NCBI RefSeq assembly: GCF_002113885.1
Contig: NW_018408394.1
Span: forward strand, 321,851 to 380,068
Length of the DNA: 58,218 nt
Direction of reading: 5' to 3'
DNA from: Mizuhopecten yessoensis
Taxonomy: Eukaryota
Program-made: the position numbers and the translations under genes
The notes under the pieces: model-generated
What the model was told of the DNA's origin: nothing
What the model saw: only the letters and a program-made list of their open reading frames with translations
The model's database searches: none
Shown here: positions 52,301-58,218 of the stretch, piece by piece
Position numbering within the stretch: position 1 is the first letter of the stretch
Layout of the letters: every line of letters starts with the position of its first letter

Positions 52301-53855
52301 TGTAGTTTGATTTGCAATCTTACAGTGGAGCCCCCTCTTTCATTGAAGGTTATCAATCAGTTTCTTTAAAATGTTTCACTTCAATGAAACTGGGAATACA
52401 TGTCATATTTGTGGGCTACTTTCAAAGTTTGGGTTAAGATAAAACCACAGAATAAAAGAGCTGCAGTTATTTTTATTTAGAATTACAAATGTTACAACCA
52501 TACTAACCCTATGTACTGTGTCTACTACTCACATGTTAAATATTTCCTGTAACCAGGATCAGAGGAGTCTGAAGCAGAGCGTCTTGTGGACTACCTGGAC
52601 AATGAAGAGGCATCCTGCTCAGATAATTTGGACATTGGACTGACTAACACTTTGCCACTGGACATCTGTTTAAATGAAGGATACCTGCATAAGCCTTGTA
52701 ACATCATTATTGTACGGTAAGTCCTAACTGGAGTTTGTAGGCATAGTGTAACACTCCTAAAATATAGTTCATGTAACAAGTTAAGACATAACATTGTTGA
52801 GGTGTTATCGGTCATGACAGGTGTATGTAAATAGGAACAAGTGAGATGACACCTGATTGGATTGTGTTGTAGGAACAAAGGTACAAGCTTTACAGTGTCC
52901 AGTCTGTCCAAAGGTCAGTGTCATGCTGTGGTGCTGGAGACTCAACCATCTACTTACAACTTTAACATCCATGAATACTTCGTAAACGTTAAAGGGTAAG
53001 AAATTTGCATTAGTAAGTCAAAAACCTGGATATGTGATCAGTCAGTAGTGCACTGTGTTACAGGTACAGGAATGTTCTGCATTGGAAACCTGATGATTTC
53101 GATAGATATTATATTACAACTGACATGTTTTGTGGTAGGTCCCTGTTGCCCTCGATGACCCACCACACCACACTGATTGAGGCGTTGGACAAGCACCTCC
53201 ACACAGGCAGTTCTAACATCCTGTACCTGGACATGCCTGAGCTATTGTGGGACCTAATCGGACCTCTCCTGGATTCTGGACATGTTCAGGTACCCCATCT
53301 TGTGCTAAGGGTCTCATCATATCAGTGAAATCAAGATGTCATCACGGTTAAGTTGTAAATACAAGTACTTTTAAAGGAGCAGTTAACTTTTTGTATAAAA
53401 AACAAAAACTTCTAATTATCTGTATTTATCATTTGGTATTTTTATTGCCTCAATATCAGATGTAGTTCTAAGGTTGTCTAATTAATTCTAACACTATAAG
53501 AACCAACATTTGATGGAATGGAATGGCTTAGTAAATCTATCTACTGCTTATGTCAATATCAGTGATGTTTAAGTCCAACTTAAATAATATTTTCAATCTT
53601 TTATTTTCATTTCAGAGTGTAAATCAACTGATAGTAGATGTTGATGTTTGGAATGAACACAGTGTAAAGCCCTCACATAATATCCGTCGGAGATTCAGTG
53701 AACTCAAAAGAATTGGAGCCTACGGGTTCCAGATTTACAAGTCCAAAACTCTGCTAGATACTCACACATTACACTTCCAGAGTAACCTTAAGACAAACAA
53801 AAAGTGTTGTCACAGAGTGAACTTTGTACGTACCAAGCATGTCAGTATTACATAA
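49313..53855 (+). CDS. METTL24-like (Methyltransf_22/FkbM-related) protein with N-terminal signal anchor and two tandem domain copies; one exon partly in the assembly gap
   Basis: Exons 49313-49590 (GC donor), 50508-50851, [gap]..51783 (..RDPGPRAFILYPPAQD), 52557-52716, 52873-52995, 53139-53289, 53616-53855; phases consistent. Motifs: WPIC..AYSIG, FE..MFD, LGHTYIDILKMD, RVGQLHIALH, CVYYMSWV. The second copy has ILYLD..W..LLDSG..VNQLIVD..YGF..CCHRVNFV. Confidence 0.8.
49743..50277 (+). mobile_element. Degenerate HINE-type element in the METTL24-like intron
   Basis: TTAGCTCACCTGGTAC..GTACCATGGTGAACT start, degenerate (GTC)n tract, end ..GGGGGCCTCTT. Confidence 0.6.
51168..51432. repeat. 35-bp tandem repeat running into the gap
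   Basis: Unit GTTGAATTCTGTCTTACCTACAAGTTTTGTTTGTT. Confidence 0.9.
51433..51733. other. Assembly gap (301 N) likely hiding part of a METTL24-like exon
   Basis: N run flanked by tandem arrays on both sides. Confidence 0.98.
51734..51990 (+). repeat. 93-bp tandem repeat (at least 3 copies) made of a METTL24-like exon 3' end plus GTAAGT donor
   Basis: CAGGGATCC at 51734, 51827 and 51920; the unit translates CVYYMSWVRDPGPRAFILYPPAQD G|gtaagt. Confidence 0.9.
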
Positions 53856-54589
53856 TACATGGTGACATTTGATCACTGCTAGGATGGTATTTGTGATAGA
53901 TCGATGTGTGTGTGTGAGTATAGACATGTAGTTAAACTATTATTTATGTTGAGTTTAACTATCAACTGAGATTGAGGCTCTTATTATTGCATCAGGTTCA
54001 ACCTTATAAACATGCTCAAATAAGCTTTTTCATGATGTATCAACCATCGTCTGTCCTGTGTTCACCAGTCTAAGCACAGGACCACCCCAAGGTTCAACCT
54101 GCTGCATAGCAATCAATGTTTGAGATATTATTTTCTGAAAACATACGCATGTAGTTAAATCGAATGTTCATGAATCAAAGTTATCTAATTTTGATGAGAA
54201 CATATGCTGCATCATATTTTGAGTATGTATACAAAGTTCAGCCTTAACGACCATAGTTTAAACATGAACAAAAATGAAAATAAAAGAACATGCACAGTGA
54301 ATAAAACAGTCATTAACAGTCAAGTACTGGTAGGATCAAAAAATGTTTTCTATGAACTTGAGCAGAAGTCATACTTGTGATTTTAATATATTTGGGCTGT
54401 ATCCTTGTCCTCTTGATAAAATAGTCTTATTGAGAAGAAAAACTATTTCAAGTATAGTTTCAATTGTTAAAACAAGTTAAATTTTCCCCATCAAAATAGC
54501 CAACTGTTCAGTAAATACTAAAAGTAATAAGGTTTAACAGAAAATGATCTTCATCTCTGTAGAAAGGCCTCTGGTTGTACATTCAAATG

Positions 54590-55088
54590 TATCTCGGTAT
54601 GATATATCCCGTATGATATCCAGTATGATATCTCGGTATGATATATCCAGTATGATATCTCGGTATGATATATCCAGTATGATATATCCAGTATGATATA
54701 TCCTGTATGATATCCAGTATGATATCCAGTATGATATATCCAGTATGATATCCAGTATGATATCCCGTATGATATATCCAGTATGATATCTCGGTATGAT
54801 ATATCCCGTATGATATATCCAGTATGATATCTCAGTATGATATATCCAGTATGATATCTCAGTATGATATATCCCGTATGATATCCAGTATGATATCCAG
54901 TATGATATCCAGTATGATATCCTGTATGATATATCCCGTATGATATCCCGTATGATATATCCAGTATGATATCTCGGTATGATATATCCCGTATGATATA
55001 TCCAGTATGATATCTCGGTATGATATATCCCGTATGATATCCAGTATGATATCCAGTATGATATCCCGTATGATATCCAGTATGATAC
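54590..55088. repeat. Low-complexity 11-13-bp repeat (GTATGATAT[AT]CC[A/C])n
   Basis: Visible periodicity. Confidence 0.92.
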
Positions 55089-55778
55089 TCACCCTTAGGT
55101 AGCGTACACCTATCAGTATTTTGTGTAGTTGTTTATATCTTGTACATAAATCTGTTGTACTCCATGTCAGCTCAGTTTTGTTAGCCTGATAGAGACCGCC
55201 TCATCAGCTTTATTCTAGAACGTTTAATGGTGAGATGTATGAACTGATTAAAGTTTGGTGAAAAGTCACCGATACTTAAAACTAAAACATTTACCAGATG
55301 GACGTAGACAAAGACTTAAGGGGTTTAATGCAACAAAGTAACATTTTTACTTAAAACTGATTTCTGATCTCAGTCTTTTAGTACAAACTCTAAAAAGGTT
55401 GAATTCACAATGTCTAGATAGATGCCATTTCTATGTAAGTACTATTTCTATGTAAGTACTATTTCTATGTAACTTCTATTTCTATTTTCTATGTAACATA
55501 TTATTTCTACATAACATACTTTAGTAATATTTTTACATAACATAATATTTCTTTATATTTCTTTATAACATAATATTTCTTTAAAACATACCATTTCTAT
55601 ATAACATACCTTTTCTATATAATATAACATACCATTTCTATATAACATACCATTTCTATATAATATAACATACTATTTCCACATATGTATAACATTCTGC
55701 ATAATGTATCCCAAGTGTTACATACTAACCAAATGTTCCTGGTCACATATTGTGTAGTTTTGTGGGGCTAGTATTTTG

Positions 55779-56418
55779 CAGTTATTCTGATCGGGGCTAT
55801 CTCACAGGAAGTAAGTTTTGTGTGACGTGTGCTGCATGCCACATTTGTTCTGATCGGAGCTATCTCACAGGAAGTAAGTTTTGTGTGACGTGTGCTGACA
55901 TGCTACAGTTGTTCTGATCGGAGCTATCTCACAGGAAGTAAGTTTTGTGTGACGTGTGCTGACATACTACAGTTATTCTGATCGGGGCTATCTCACAGGA
56001 AGTAAGTTTTGTGTGACATGTGCTGCATGCCACAGTTGTTCTGATCGGAGCTATCTCACAGGAAGTAAGTTTTGTGTGACGTGTGCTGCAGGCCAAAGTT
56101 GTTCTGATCGGAGCTATCTCACAGGAAGTAAGTTTTGTGTGACGTGCGCTGCATGCCACATTTGTCCTGATCGGAGCTATCTCACAGGAAGTAAGTTTTG
56201 TGTGACGTGTGCTGCATGCCACATTTGTTCTGATCGGAGCTATCTCACAGGAAGTAAGATTTGTGTGACGTGTGCTGCATGCCACAGTTGTTCTGATTGG
56301 AGCTATCTCACAGGAAGTAAGTTTTGTAAGACAGGTGCTGACATGCTACAGTTGTTCTGATTGGAGCTATCTCGCAGGAAGTAAGTTTTGTGTGACGTGT
56401 GCTGACATGCTACAGTTG
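55779..56418. repeat. 63/64-bp tandem repeat, about 10 copies
   Basis: Unit TTCTGATCGGAGCTATCTCACAGGAAGTAAGTTTTGTGTGACGTGTGCTGCATGCCACAGTTG. Confidence 0.95.
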
Positions 56419-56699
56419 CTTCACTTCCTACCGATCAATATATTTAAGAAAGCGTCTTCCAAATTAAATTGGTCACACGGCTGCAACAAATTTGCAAATG
56501 ACAATAAAATAATATATTTCTGAATAAGATTAAAATGCAGACTGACAAATTTGCTTAATGGAATTCATTGTACAAAAAATACAAAATTGATTTCTTGTTT
56601 TGTCTCCATTTTTTGGCGGCAAACAAGTAAACACATTCACAGGGATTATGAATCATGCTAATAATGTTTACACATTATTTAATTTTGCGCAACCTATGA

Positions 56700-56860
56700 A
56701 CCTAGGTCCATTGATCTGAGTGATATGTGTGTACCTAGGTCCATTGATCTGAGTGATATGCGTGTACCTAGGTCCATTGATCTGAGAGATATGTGTACCT
56801 AGGTCCATTGATCTGAGAGATATGTGTGTACCTAGGTCCATTGATCTGAGAGATATATGT
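56700..56860. repeat. ~33-bp tandem repeat, about 5 copies
   Basis: Unit ACCTAGGTCCATTGATCTGAG(T/A)GATATGTGTGT. Confidence 0.9.
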
Positions 56861-58218
56861 ATTAAGTGAATTGGGAAACATGTTAGGCTATCTAGATATA
56901 TCTATTATTCCTACTTTGGAAAGTTTTATCTCAGAACAAGAAGTTCATTATAAATGTACGAGGATTTTGAGGGTGAAGACACATACAATGTGTGATCCCT
57001 TGGCCAGTCTATAGGTACATTACTGCCTGCCTTTATGTAATCATTACTCAGTAGTATCACACAGGTATGTTTTTCGTCTACTTCCATCAATAGGGTGATG
57101 TTAGTTTTTTTTTATACCCATATCTAGTCTAAACATTACTGTATCGTTGTGCGGCAGTAGTCATCATGAACATTTTTGCTTATGTTTTTTATATATTTGA
57201 TCATGTTGTTTTATTTTGTAATTTCATGTCCTTCATCAAGGACAATATAGCTGTGTAAATTTTCATGATTATAATCTTTTAAATGGTATAAATATGATTT
57301 TAAATGCTTTGATATTTTAATGTGTATTTATTTTTTGTAAGAAAACAGGTAATAATGGTCATACTTGTATGAAATCTGTAAACCTATAATTTGTCATGCA
57401 TGCATCTAATTTTGATGGGACATCTTACGGTAAAGGGCAACCGTCTGTTGGAATATAACCTGCTCAAATATCCTTCAATTTTCACAAAGCTTTTGTAAGC
57501 TATTCAAAGACCAAGGCAAGGATTCTGTACATTAACTTAATAAGATGGGAAGGTTTTAATGAATATTTACACTGTTAGTGAAATGTGCCAGTAGTTAATA
57601 AGCACTTGGGAATGTCTTTGGTTTTAGTGATTAAAAATAAATCAGTCAAAGGGAAGAAGGGGAAAGATAATACCAATTTCTCTTTTAATGTTGAGAAAGA
57701 CGGGCAAAGGGAAGCAATTGTTATACAAATAAACATTTTTGGATGGGTAGTTGTCATAGCATGATTCATTTATCATACAATTTCCATTATGTATAATATT
57801 GGTAATACATGTAATATAATAACAAAACCGTTTTGTCACATTATTTGGGTTGTATTTCAATGATAATGGGCATAACATTTTCTGTATTGCTGTACTTCAA
57901 TGAGTTGTATAGTGTCTGTAAGTGTTATGATGATCTAGTTCTATGCCACGGCTCATTGCCTTGTTAGATTTATCTTAGGATTTGTAATAGATAAGGCAGT
58001 GTATATTGTATTTATATGCCATATATTGTAAGCTGGGCTTGAATTGTTTTAGTTTTTGTCTTTTATTTATCATCTTTAATAAAATATGACCCGATGCTAT
58101 CTGACTTATGTTTATAGTGAATTAAAGAATCTTTATATATCAATATAAATGTAAAATACATCTATTAGTAAAGAGGAAAATCACCAGCCACCGAATGTGA
58201 TACTGCAGTTATACTGTA

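Noticed and set aside
55929-56360. CxxCxxCH (heme-binding or zinc-finger-like) repeats
   Set aside because: They are chance translations of the 63/64-bp satellite; the frame is broken by 64-bp units and the ORFs are open on both strands.

Overview
AT-rich, intron-rich animal genomic DNA, most likely a bivalve mollusc (inferred from the repeat families and the lectin gene type), from a draft assembly with a 301-N gap at 51433-51733. Manual splice reconstruction gives five protein-coding genes. (1) GTPBP2 (-, 12 exons, 3' end runs off the window). (2) A 5-exon, 409-aa type I membrane protein with signal peptide, C-type lectin domain, PAN/apple-like domain and TM helix (-). (3) DPY30 (+). (4) MRPL14 (-). 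(5) A METTL24-like protein with a tandemly duplicated domain and a GC-AG intron (+). The rest is transposon debris (Helentron/HINE-type elements carrying satellites, MITEs, a dead Tc1 split by a MITE, LINE, Penelope and SINE remnants) plus about 15 minisatellite arrays that create the long spurious ORFs in the track. The most notable observation is that several arrays are amplified copies of real exon-intron junctions. The end of the lectin gene's signal-peptide exon plus its GTGAGT donor is repeated about 36 times, and a METTL24-like exon end plus GTAAGT donor at least 3 times. These arrays place decoy 5' splice sites inside the host introns.
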